From positions 1 through 32,635 of the forward strand of contig NW_025213793.1 in the NCBI RefSeq assembly GCF_004010195.1: a DNA stretch of 32,635 nt, given 5' to 3'. This document shows, in pieces, positions 11,463 to 22,370 of this stretch. Under the pieces are notes generated by a model that made no database searches, was not told where the DNA came from, and worked only from the letters and a program-made list of their open reading frames with translations. The translations under genes were made by a program, and so were the position numbers. Within the stretch, counting starts at the first letter, position 1; every line of letters begins with the position of its first letter. Source of the DNA: Chiloscyllium plagiosum. Its lineage: Eukaryota.

Positions 11463-13734
11463 CTACTCAGGTCCAGCTACACGCTTGCAATGACTGGCGT
11501 GTATCCACGTGGCTCTTTCTGCTATCTTAACTGCTGTCTGTGTTGCAAGGAGCACTTGAAACGGTCCAAGCCACGTCTTCGCCTTCCAAGTTTTCCTCCT
11601 GATGTCTTTCACCACTATCCAGTCTCCCGGTTCTAGATCGTGCAGCTTCCCTTCCGTTAATCCGATTGGGGGTAACGCTGCTTTCACTTGATTCTGTATT
11701 TGAGATAAAACTGTAGAGAGTTTGATACAGTAACAAACCACTCATCCTCACAATGGCCTGTTATCTGTCTTACCTTAGGTCTTGGGGCCAATTCTTGTGT
11801 TGGGCAGTCTACCAAACAAAATCTCAAACGGGCTAAGATTAGCTTTTCCTCTCCTCCTGGATCTCATATACATTAACACAATCAGAAGTGCCTTTTTCCT
11901 TGTTACTCATAGTTCCTCGCAAGATTTTGTCAATTTATTTTTTAGGGTAGCATTTTCTCTTTCCACTGGCCCACCACTCGCTGGGTGGTAGGCACAGTAT
12001 TAACTCACGTTTATTCCCAAGTCATCAATGATCTGGTTTAAGGCATTATTGACAAATGGTGTCCCATTATCGCGACTAGGCCATTCAGGGTTGCACCATC
12101 TCGGAATTATCTCAGTTAGCAAAGCTTTGGCTGATTAGACGTGGAGAACGCTTCCACCCATTTGGAAAACATATCAACTATTGCCAGACAATACCTTTTC
12201 CCTTCACTGGGTGTGAGTTCAATAAAATCCGCCTGTAAATGTTCAAAAGGGTTTTGGGGTGTGGGGTGTGCTGCCTGACTTATCTGAATTCGCCTCCCCA
12301 CATTATTAGTTGCACAGAAAAACACAACGCTCACAATATTTCTTGGAGTAATGAGTAAAACCCTTAGTGCAACAATAAGCCGAAATATTGTCGTAGATCA
12401 CCCTTTTGACACATGGTACTTACCGTGTGTCAGTTTGGCATAGAACGGAAATCATGATCCTGGTAGACAGGGTTTACCATTGGGGCCACACCATATTCCT
12501 TCCCTCACACTGCATCCTGCTTTCATCCACTCACGCTTTTCTTCCAGTGTGGCCTGTAACTAACTCCCGTACGTCTGCTGTTGGGATACAAATTTTTGTC
12601 ATACATCTGTCAATCTGCTCACTTATTAGCTGCTAGGCTGCTGTTTTTGCTGCTGAATCTGCCCTTGCATTGCCTTCAGAAGTAAATTCACTATTTTTTG
12701 TGTGGGCTTCACAATAACACACAGCAATTGATTTAGGCATAAAGACCACTTCCAGGAGGTCAGAAATCAGGCCACGTCGTGTGATGGGTTTTCCAGTGGA
12801 AGTCAAGAAGCCCCTGTGTTTCCAACGGGTTCCAAAATCATGTACAATCCCCAATGCATATCTGCTATTGGTGGAAATATTCACTGTTATTCCCTCAGCC
12901 AATTTACAGGCCTCAGTCAAGGCAATCACTCCGCTGCTTCCACTGACAGATGAGAAGGGAGTGATCCCCATTTCAAAATCTCCTAGGTAGTCACTACAGC
13001 ATACCCGACACAGCTTTTTCATCTGCAGCCACGCCGCTCAGGTATTTAGGCAATCCTGCCGTTACGGGGTCGAGTTTAGCTGGAAAATAAGCTACCGGCC
13101 TCAATCTTCCCCCATGATCCTGCAACAGCAAAGATGCCATGCTGCCACGCTTCTCATCCACTGTTGGTACAAAATACTTGTTTGGATTCGGAATCTCCAG
13201 CGGATGTGTAGTTCGGAACGCGTTTTTAATTCAGCAAAGGTACTCTTGTCCTCTGGGGCCCACTGCAACGGACTTTCGTTCTGCAAACCTGTGCCGTGGG
13301 CTATGTCACTTAGGGTAGCCTCACGGGTTGTGTAATGTGAGATAAACGTTCTACAGTAGGAGCACATGACCAAAAGGGTAAGTAATTGTTTCTTCGTGTG
13401 AGGTTTTGGAATTGCTGGGTTGCTTGAACTCTTTCTTGACCAATAGCCTTCCCTTGTTCAGATATTACGTGACCTAAGAACTTCACCTGTTGTGCAAATT
13501 GTAGCTTTGTGAGTCTGCCTTTGTGCCTTCCCTTGCAAGATGGCAGATCAGTGCAACGGTATCATTCTCACATTGTTCCTTTGTTAGTGCCGCTATCAAG
13601 TAATTATCTACATACTGCAAAGGCGCTGACTCAGGGGTTAGAGCAAGACTCTCCAGAATCCTGCGTAGACCCTCATTATATATGGTGGGGGATACACAGT
13701 AACCTTGACAAAGTCGCGTGAAGGTATATGGTTT
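11463..13734 (-). pseudogene. pol: ERV pol, second partial copy (RT C-half, connection, RNase H, integrase)
   Basis: FTRLCQGYC.SP, RNase H IALTEACKLAEG...RYALGIVHDFG...GNARADSAAK, IN PFEHLQADFIEL...VDMFSKWVEAF, C-terminal WLGPFQVLLATQTAVK...WIHASHCK. Confidence 0.92.
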
Positions 13735-14351
13735 NNNNNNNNNNNNNNNNNNNNNNNNNNNNNNNNNNNNNNNNNNNNNNNNNNNNNNNNNNNNNNNNNN
13801 NNNNNNNNNNNNNNNNNNNNNNNNNNNNNNNNNNNNNNNNNNNNNNNNNNNNNNNNNNNNNNNNNNNNNNNNNNNNNNNNNNNNNNNNNNNNNNNNNNNN
13901 NNNNNNNNNNNNNNNNNNNNNNNNNNNNNNNNNNNNNNNNNNNNNNNNNNNNNNNNNNNNNNNNNNNNNNNNNNNNNNNNNNNNNNNNNNNNNNNNNNNN
14001 NNNNNNNNNNNNNNNNNNNNNNNNNNNNNNNNNNNNNNNNNNNNNNNNNNNNNNNNNNNNNNNNNNNNNNNNNNNNNNNNNNNNNNNNNNNNNNNNNNNN
14101 NNNNNNNNNNNNNNNNNNNNNNNNNNNNNNNNNNNNNNNNNNNNNNNNNNNNNNNNNNNNNNNNNNNNNNNNNNNNNNNNNNNNNNNNNNNNNNNNNNNN
14201 NNNNNNNNNNNNNNNNNNNNNNNNNNNNNNNNNNNNNNNNNNNNNNNNNNNNNNNNNNNNNNNNNNNNNNNNNNNNNNNNNNNNNNNNNNNNNNNNNNNN
14301 NNNNNNNNNNNNNNNNNNNNNNNNNNNNNNNNNNNNNNNNNNNNNNNNNNN
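13735..14351. other. Assembly gap (617 N)
   Basis: Run of N. Confidence 1.
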
Positions 14352-14452
14352 TACCAGGGCGCTTGCTAAAAGTTTGAGCTGGGGCATCCCCATATTTGTA
14401 TGAGGCTTCTGTTCACTACTTGCACTTAATTGGTTATGGTGCTGTCCCACGT

Positions 14453-17400
14453 CTACTCAGGTCCAGCTACACGCTTGCAATGACTGGCGTGTATCCACGT
14501 GGCTCTTTCTGCGATCTTAACTGCTGTCTGTGTTGCAAGGAGCACTTGAAACGGTCGAAGCCACGTCTTCGCCTTCCAAGTTTTCCTCCTGATGTCTTTC
14601 ACCACTATCCAGTCTCCCGGTTCTAAATCGTGCAACTTCCCTTCCGTTAATCCGGTTGGGGTAACGCTGCTTTCACTTGATTCTGTATTTGAGATAAAAC
14701 TGTAGAGAGTTTTATACAGTAACAAACCATCTCATCCTTACAATGGCCTGTTATCTGTCTTACCTTAGGTCTTGGGGCCAATTCCTGTGTTGGGCAGTCT
14801 ACCAAACAAAATCTCAAACGGGCTAAGATTAGCTTTTCGTCTCCTCCTGGATCTCATATACATTAACACAATCAGAAGTGCCTTTGTCCATGTTACTCCT
14901 AGTTCCTCGCGAGATTTTGTCAATTTATTTTTTAGGGTAGCATTTTCTCTTTCCACTGGCCCACCACTCGCTGGGTGGTAGGCACATAATTGACTCATGT
15001 TTATTCTCAAGTCATCAATGATCTGGTTTAAGGCATTATTGACAAATGGTATCCCATTGTCGTGACTAAGCCATTCAGGGTTGCACCATCTCGGAATTAT
15101 CTCAGTTAGCAAAGCTTTGGCTGATTAGACGTGGAGAACGCTTCCATCCATTTGGTAAACATATCAACTATTGCCAGACAATACGTTTTCACTTCATTGG
15201 GTGTTAGTTTAATAAAATCCGCCTGTAAATGTTCAAAAGGGTTTTAGGGTGTGGAGTGTGCTGCCTGACTTATCTGAATTCGCCTCCCCACATTATTAGT
15301 TGCACAGAAAAACACAACGCTCACAATATTTCTTGGAGTAATGAGTAAAACCCTTAGTGCAACAGTAAGCCGAAATATTGTTGTAGATCACCCTTTTGAC
15401 ACATGGTCCTTCCCGTGGGTTTACCATTGGGGCCACACCATATTCCTTCCCTCACACTGCATCCTGCTTTCATCCACTCACGCTTTTCTTCCAGTACGGC
15501 CTGTAACTGTAACTCCCGTGCGTCTGATGTTGGGATACAAATTTTTGTCATACATCTGTCAATCTGCTCACTTATTAGCTGCTAGGCTGCTGTTTTTTGC
15601 TGCTGAATCTGCCCTTGCATTGCCATCAGAAATCAATTCACTATTTTTTGTGTGGGCTTCACACTTAGACACAGCGGTTGATTTAGGCATAAAGACCACT
15701 TCCAGGAGGTCCGAAATCAGGCCACGTCGTGTGATGGGCTTTCCAGTGGAAGTCAAGAAGCCCCTGTGTTTCCAACGGGTTCCAAAATCATGTACAATCC
15801 CCAATGCATATCTGCTACCGGTGGAAATATTCACTGTCATTCCCTCAGCCAATTTACAGGACTCAGTCAAGGCAATCAATCCGCTGCTTCCACTGACAGA
15901 TGAGAAGGGAGTGATCCCGCTTTCAATGTCTCCTAAGTAGTCATTACAGCATACCCGACACAATTCTGGCCTGTGTCCTTGCTCGCGAATGCTGACGCAT
16001 CCACAAAAATCTCCATATCGGCCTTCTGAACTGGTGAATCCAGCAAATCTGGTCTGGGGCTGCAAGTCTCATTAGTTAGCAGCGACGCAATCATGTGGGT
16101 GACCTCCTCCTTCTGTGGGTAAAAGGCTAGCAGTGTTAAGGCCGTTACATCGCTCTATTGTAATGTTAAGCATCTCCAAGAGCACAGTATTCCATCTGAG
16201 CCAAAGTGCTGCTGAAATGGGTGTGGTCCTTTGCTCGGAAAGCATAAAGGATACTGCATGTGGGACCAGACGAGTTAATTCACCGCAGCCAAAAATATTC
16301 CTGGACGCTGCAACAGCTTTTTCATCTGCAGCCACGCTGCCCAGGTATTTCGGCAATCCTGCCGTTACGGGGTCTAGTTTAGCTGAAAAATAAGCTACCG
16401 GCCTCAATCTTCCCCCATGATCCTGCAACAGCAAAGATGCCATGCTGCCACGCTTCTCATCCACTGTTGGTACAAAAGACTTGTTTGGATTAGGAATCCC
16501 CAGCGGATGTGTAGTTCGGAACGCGTTTTTAATTCAGCAAAGGCACTCTCGTCCACTGGGGCCCACTGCAACGGACTTTCGTTCTGCAAACCTGTGCCGT
16601 GGGCTATGTCACTTAGGGTAGCCTCAAGGGTTGTGTAATGTGAGATAAACGTTCTACAGTAGGAGCACATGAACAAAAGGGTAAGTAATTGTTTCTTCGT
16701 GTGGGGTTTTGGAATTTGCTGGGTTGTCTTGACCAATAGCCTTCCCTTGTTCAGATATTACGTGACCTAAGAACTTCACCTGTTGTTGTGCAAATTGTAG
16801 CTTTTTGAGTCTGCCTTTGTGCCTTCCCTTGCAAGATGGCAGAGCAGTGCAACAGTATCATTCTCACATTGTTCCTTTGTTAGTGCCGCTATCAAGTAAT
16901 TATCTACATACTGCAAAGGCGCTGACTCAGGGGTTAGAGAAAGACTCTCCAGACTCCTGCGTAGACCCTCATTATATATGGTGGGGGACTCACAGTAACC
17001 TTGACAAAGTCGCGTGAAGGTATATGGTTTAGCTTTGAATGAAAACGCAAACCAGAATTGACTATCTCGGTGCACCAGTACATTGAAGAAGGCATTTGCT
17101 AAATCCACAACAGAGAACCATTTACTGTCCGGTGGAAGTTGAGCCAATATAGTATGGGGGTTAGGAACTATTGGGGCGCGCGGCAGAACAGCGCTATTGA
17201 TTGCCTGCAAGTCTTGAACAAACCTCCATCCCTCCGGTTCACCAGGAATGTTTGCCTTCTTCACCGGGAAAATGGCGTTTCTCAGCAACGAGTTTTCACA
17301 GGGGATTATCACTCCAACCTTTAGGAGGGATTCAAAGACTCGAGTAATTCCTTCTGTGGCGTCGGGTTTTAACGGGTATTGTGCTCTGCAAGGACGTTAT

Positions 17401-18627
17401 TCAGTCTTCGGGGTTACCCTTCTGGGCTCACAGACCCGTCTAAGCCACCTATCATGTTTGCCCTTTGCCCACAACTCAGTAGGGGCCATTTTTAATCTTG
17501 GGTCTGAGGCTTCTATCTTAAGCTAGCCCCTTAGACTTTTCAGGGCTAGCTGGGGTTCCTGGATGGTCCTATCTGCCTGAGTTAGCCAATTAAGTTTATT
17601 CTTATATGTCCGCATATTTGCATTGAACCAGACACCCACATCGTCCATGAAGACCCAACATTTCGTTCTTCGTGCCCTTAGTACCCATGGCCCCAAATCC
17701 TGCCACCTGTCACCAGACGCCTTTGCCAGTGCCACTTGAGGAACGGAGCCTTCCACATCAAAAAGATAGGGTTTGCATGCTGTTACGGATACCTTAGATA
17801 AGTTCACACTGACTGTACATCCGTGATCACTCCAGTAAAAATCGCACAATAACAAGTGATCTGGTCTAACCAATCTCCTGAACCAATCCTTCGCAGATGA
17901 TTCGTCAGGGCCATCACGGTGTATGTGTTCTGAGCAGTACAGCATATCTCCGGCAAGAAAATCGGTGTTAATAGGATAAACATGGTTGCTTGCTTCCAGG
18001 GTGAGTGAATCACTCACTAAATGTATCGCTCTCTGGCCTTATCGCCACTCTTAGATATACATCAGGGATCGTGGGTCATATTTTACAGACTACACTGGTA
18101 AATATTCCCTTTGAATTACCTGCAAGCCTATCGGAGTACTGACCAAGTCCAACCTCATGCTTCTTATGAGGTCCAAAGCCATCAGATTTAAAGGACAAAA
18201 TTCTAATAACAAGAAGGAGAAGTGGAAAGTTTCATCATTAGTAGTTTTCTACAATCGGGGTGCTAAAATCTCTTCCGCACCACGACTCCTGATGCACCCG
18301 TTGTGTTCAGGAACCTTTCACTCATCTTTATTTGTGTCGATTGTCTAAACTGGCTTAATTTAAGGAATGATTATGTTGCCCCAGTATCTTCCAAAAAGGT
18401 ATCTGATGTACCTTCAACATATAACATTGACTTATACGCATCATTGTGATATTGGACATACTGCCCACACTTCGCAATCTCAGCGCTGAATATAGAGGTG
18501 TGACATGTCTCATTGCCTGTAAGGTTAGTAGAATAGATAAGCATAAGTGAGTCTTCATTGCCAAGCATAAAAGAAAGAGACTTACTGTACCTTGTGAGCT
18601 TCCCACCTTCACCTCAGCCTTCCACTG
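14453..18627 (-). pseudogene. pol: ERV pro-pol (protease, extra domain, RT, RNase H, integrase), frameshifted
   Basis: Protease FLEDTGAT (~18380); RT QYPLK...FPVKKA...WRFVQDLQAIN...VVDLANAFF...TRLCQGYCESP...LQYVDNYLIA; connection RPVAYFSAKLDPV; RNase H; IN core SHDNG...AYHPASGGPVERENATLK; ends WIHASHCKRVAGPE*. Confidence 0.95.
17560..18000 (-). other. 2H-phosphoesterase-like domain inserted between protease and RT (catalytic His positions decayed)
   Basis: Stop-free 164-aa stretch with two motifs about 67 aa apart resembling HxT/S: MLYCSEH (Y=TAC, 17939-17937) and SVPQVALAK (Q=CAA, 17738-17736), followed by WQDLGPWV. Confidence 0.68.
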
Positions 18628-20211
18628 TCAATCATCCTGCTGTCCAACCTCCAGGGCCGATTGAGGCTGTCTGTGTGGGCACTATCTCGCCCAGTGGTCC
18701 ATTGTTCCACACACAAAGCACCCGCCAGATTTATCTCTGCCGACCTCTCTTCTGCGACAACTTCCACGACCTACTTCTCTTCCGCAAGAACCACCTCTGC
18801 CTCTGTCTCTTCCTGCAGCACCTCTCTCCAACGGCTGCGTGACCATTTGCATCAGAGGTAGCTGAGCTTTATGCGCATGCATTTCCATCTTTCGCTTCCG
18901 CTTATCCTTCTCTTGGCTAAGCATTTTTTCAGCATGTATCACATGTTGTTCTATCAAATTCAGCTTTCTCGTGTCCCAGGTAATACATGAGTCTTTTATC
19001 TTTTTCGCTATTTCGTCCTTCATTCTATTGATGAAGCTGTTCCTCAGGTGTGCCTCATACGGCGCGATTTCTCTGCTGTTCTGTCATCGGTTGGTCCCGG
19101 TTCACTATGGGTATTATGGGCTTCAGTGAAGAGCGTACGATACTGGGACACTGTCTTACCTTCTTGTTGTTTACACATTGCAATTTTGGTCATTTCCATT
19201 CGTTCTGCGAAAGCCTCCCTCTAGGCGGATGCCAGCACTTCAACAAAAGCATTAACGTCTCCGTTCTGCTCCGCTTTCGGCTTGGCTGCACTGGCTTGGA
19301 TGTTTGCAGTTGGCCAATTATACTTGATCTTGGTGACATTGGCACCCAGCTTTTGTCCCAGCAGACGTTTCATCTTATGGATGGAATGCGGTACAGAACT
19401 TTGTCACTTCTTCGGTGAACTTATTACCTCCAAACTCACGTGGTTCAGGCAATTGCCTCTAGGCAATTTCCAAATCCTTCATGGTCCATGGCCGGTGGAC
19501 CAACATTGGGTACCCTTCTGGACCTGCAACTTCAAACACTTGCGCTTGCAGGACAACTTAATTAGGTCATCGCACGACAGTACTCTCGCCATCTGATGCA
19601 TCGTCCGTCGTGGGGCGATCGCGAACAGGTCCTGGATACCTTTCTGCCCTGTAGTGGTCATCCTTCTTTTGGGCTTCTCTCTCCAATAGGTTGTGGGTAC
19701 GAAATACCACCGGCGAATCAGCAGACACCCAGGCGGCAGCCGCTGACTTGGAACCTTCACTAATCGGATCTCGTAGGAGGGTTGTAGGTCTCGGAGGTCA
19801 GTCATCAAGGTCAGGATCTGAAACAGACTTAAGACACTGTACAATTGCATTAGGTTGTTTTCCGCACGCGTCTGCATGTGCACTGGTGTTTGTACGCGTA
19901 TTTGATCTATGTTTTACTTGAGATTTCCTTTCCCTGATGTCAGCCTCAGCCTTCCACATGTTATAAGCACTCCAGTTTACGGGCTCTATTTTTTCCTTTC
20001 CTTTTCTCCTTCTCTCTCTCTCTCCTCCAACCGTGACCTCAGTATTTCCACCTACCTTTTACTAAGACTTCCTCCCTCTGGAAAACCACATTCCTTGATC
20101 CACAATACTAACTGCTTTACAGACTCTGGGTCGTAAATATTTAGTAAGTATTACATTTTTGGTTGGCCATTTGGTGGACCCTCTTTTTGTTTTGCTCGTG
20201 CTGGAGCCCAT
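18628..20211 (-). pseudogene. gag: ERV gag, frameshifted
   Basis: ATG at 20211 gives MGSSTSK (myristoylation consensus MGxxxS); matrix-like LWIKECGFPEGGSLS; capsid LVHRPWT...LPEP; RG-rich tract then zinc knuckle CFVCGTMDHWAR*C; ends QQDD-TGA at 18630-18628. Confidence 0.88.
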
Positions 20212-20396
20212 TTTCAGCGTTACTGGAAAAGCGTTCAGCTATCTCTGTCTCTCTGTTGCGGTGCCGTTATCATTTCCATTTTATCTACTTTTACCTCCGG
20301 AGGTCCCTTCTCCCATTGGGCGCGTCTGCCTCAATGCCTTGATTTTCGTAAACCAAAAACCACATACCCGGTAAGTCATTGACGAGTCCAACTCAG

Positions 20397-20411
20397 CCAG
20401 CGGTGGCTCCA
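20397..20411 (-). promoter_or_regulatory. Primer binding site, tRNA-Thr-like
   Basis: Minus strand TGGAGCCACCGCTGG matches 14/15 the complement of the vertebrate tRNA-Thr(AGT) 3' end as I recall it (TGGAGGCACCGCTGG); lies a few bases inside the 5' LTR end. Confidence 0.72.
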
Positions 20412-20418
20412 AGTCTGC

Positions 20419-20554
20419 TGTCATGAAAATTAAATCGACTCGACTAAAATGCTATTTTTATGTCTGTCTGCAAATGCTTGCAAAATCAAGACTTTACTTC
20501 TTTGTTTCAAACAAGCTTTTACAGAATCACAATAACTGTTAATTTTCCTTCACA
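20419..20554 (-). repeat. ERV 5' LTR remnant with large internal deletion
   Basis: TG...CA termini; both ends resemble the two ends of 9397-9769, but about 260 bp including TATA and polyA signal are missing. Confidence 0.62.
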
Positions 20555-20555
20555 A

Positions 20556-20760
20556 CTGTCCTCCCATCGAATACTCCCAGGGTAGTGACAGCATAGTATT
20601 AGCCCCGGAGTAAAGCTCTCTCTACATTGTCCCCATCGAACACTCCCAGGGACAATGGTTTAGATACAGAGTAAAGTCTCCTCCATAGCATCTCGTATCA
20701 AACACTCTCAGGATAAGGAGATTGGCCATCGTATAAAGCTCCTTCCACACTGTCCTCCAC
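20556..20760. repeat. Degenerate ~65-70 bp tandem repeat, about 3 units
   Basis: Recurring tgtccccatc(g/a)aacactcccagg...ttagatacagagtaaagctc(t/c)ctctaca motif at ~20556, ~20628, ~20690. Confidence 0.7.
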
Positions 20761-20796
20761 TGTCCTGACACCCGGGTCAAAAAGACATCGGGATTA

Positions 20797-21070
20797 GACA
20801 GCTCCACGGTGGCTCAGTGCTGAACACTGCTGCCTCACAGCAACACCAACCCGGGTTCGATTCCAGTCTTCAGGCGACTCTGTATGTGGAGTTTTCACAT
20901 TCTCCCTATGTCTGCGTGGGTTTCCCCCTACAAGCCAAAGATAAGCTGATTCGGTGACTTGGCTCTGCTGTATTGCCCATAGTGTTCAGTGGTGTCGAGG
21001 ATGGATGCATGAGTCAGGGCTATTTTAGCGTAGTAGGTTAACAGAATGGGTCTGGGTAGGTTACTCTAGC
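20797..21070 (+). mobile_element. tRNA-derived SINE (HE1/V-SINE-like)
   Basis: A box TGGCTCAGTGC (20810-20820), B box GGTTCGATTCC (20854-20864), followed by V-domain-like tgtggagttttcacattctccctatgtctgcgtgggtttcc. Confidence 0.85.
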
Positions 21071-21084
21071 TATCTTTGTCCTAG

Positions 21085-22292
21085 CTCGGTAAATAAAGAA
21101 CTGGTGAAACAACAGGACACAAAGAGTCATAGTAGAACGACGTTTCTTGAAATGGTGAAAAGTGACCAGTGGTGTTCCGCAGGGATCAGTGTTGGGGCCA
21201 TTGTTGCTTGTGATACACATAAATGATCTGAAAGAGGACTGTTGGTATGATCAGCAAGCTTGCAGATGACACAACGATTCGTGTAGTAATAGAAAGCATA
21301 AGGGATTGTCAAAGAATAAAGAATGTATATAGACTGGAGAATTGGGTGGAGAGGTGGCAGGTGGTGTTCAAGCCATTCAAATGTGAGGTGATGCATTTTG
21401 GCCAGTCTAATTCTAATGCGAAATATACAGAGAACGAAACAGTCTTGGGAAAATTTAATGAGCAGAGAGATCATGGAGTTCGGGTCTTTGTTCCCTGAAG
21501 GGGACTGCAACATGGATAGAGTGGTCAAGAAGGCATATGGTGTGCGTGCCTTCATCTGACAGGGTATTGAGTGTCAGAGCTGGCAGATCAAGTTTAAACA
21601 TGTAAACAGAGAACATAGAAACGTACAACACAGAACAGACCCTTAGGCCCATGATGTTGTGCCGAGATTTAATCCTATTGTAAAATATAGCAACTTAACT
21701 TATGCACCCCTCATCTCAGTGCTATCCATGTGCAAGTCCAGCAGTCGCTTAAACGTTGGTAAAGACATTGGTTCGGCAACATTTTGAATACTGTGGACAG
21801 TTCTGTTTGCAACATTAACAAAAGGATGTGGACGCTTTGGAAAGGGTGCAGAGAATGTTTATGAGGATGTTGTTCGGAATGGAAGGTGCGAGCTATGAAG
21901 AGATGTTGAATAGGCTAGAATTGTTTTCATTAGTAAAAAGGAGATTGAGGGGGGATCTGATTGAGGTCTACAAAATCAATGAGAGTTTCGACAGGGTAGA
22001 TAGAGATAATCTTTACGTTTTCAAGGTGAAAGGTGAAAAGTTTAAGGGGGAGACACGCAACAAGTACTTTACACAGAGGGTGGTCGGTGCCTGGAGCACG
22101 TTGCCAGGAGAGGGAATAAAGGCAGGCACGGTAAATTCATTCAAGATACGTCTGGATAGACGCATGAGTATGTGGGGAGCAGAAGGATGCTTCGCAATTG
22201 GAGGAGAGGTTTAGACAGTGGATTTGGATCAGTTCAGGATTGGAGGGTTGAAGCGCCTGTTCCTGGGCTGTAAATGTTCGTTGTTCTTTGCG
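21085..22292 (+). mobile_element. CR1-clade LINE, 3' part of ORF2 (RT) and 3' UTR
   Basis: VTSGVPQGSVLGPLL, MISKLADDTTI, WQVVFKPFKCEVMHFG, LERVQRMFMRML...RRLRGDLIEVYKI...FTQRVVGAWSTLP. Confidence 0.92.
21607..21758 (-). mobile_element. Short CR1 3'-end fragment nested antisense in the CR1, with GTAAA target-site duplication
   Basis: Reverse complement resembles the 3' UTR at 5350-5410; GTAAA at 21602-21606 and 21759-21763; removing it restores host ...KTLVRQHFEYCGQF. Confidence 0.7.
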
Positions 22293-22370
22293 CTAGGAGC
22301 GCCTCGCATTATAATCTGTAAAAAAGGCCGGTAAGAAAATGTGTAACACTTTTTTTTATCATCAGCGTCT

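Larger units (their letters stand above)
9397..20554 (-). mobile_element. Decayed class I (gamma/epsilon-like) endogenous retrovirus: LTR-PBS-gag-pro-(2H)-RT-RH-IN-env-PPT-LTR
   Basis: Canonical order of retroviral motifs on the minus strand, bounded by mutually similar LTR ends, PBS and PPT; many stops and frameshifts. May be a composite of two copies joined across the N-gap. Confidence 0.93.

Noticed and set aside
13638..14450. ORFs containing long X runs (also 26175-26903)
   Set aside because: Artefacts of N-gaps.
15341..15940. Plus-strand ORFs antisense to pol/gag as accessory genes
   Set aside because: Shadow frames of retroviral coding sequence; no recognisable motifs, and not kept open as one ORF in the duplicated copy.
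15960..16470. Additional inserted domain (macrodomain or dUTPase) in the RT-RNase H region
   Set aside because: Connection domain runs directly into RNase H with no room for an insert.
20797..20870. tRNA gene
   Set aside because: A/B boxes are followed by a SINE body and lack a proper cloverleaf and terminator; it is a SINE head.
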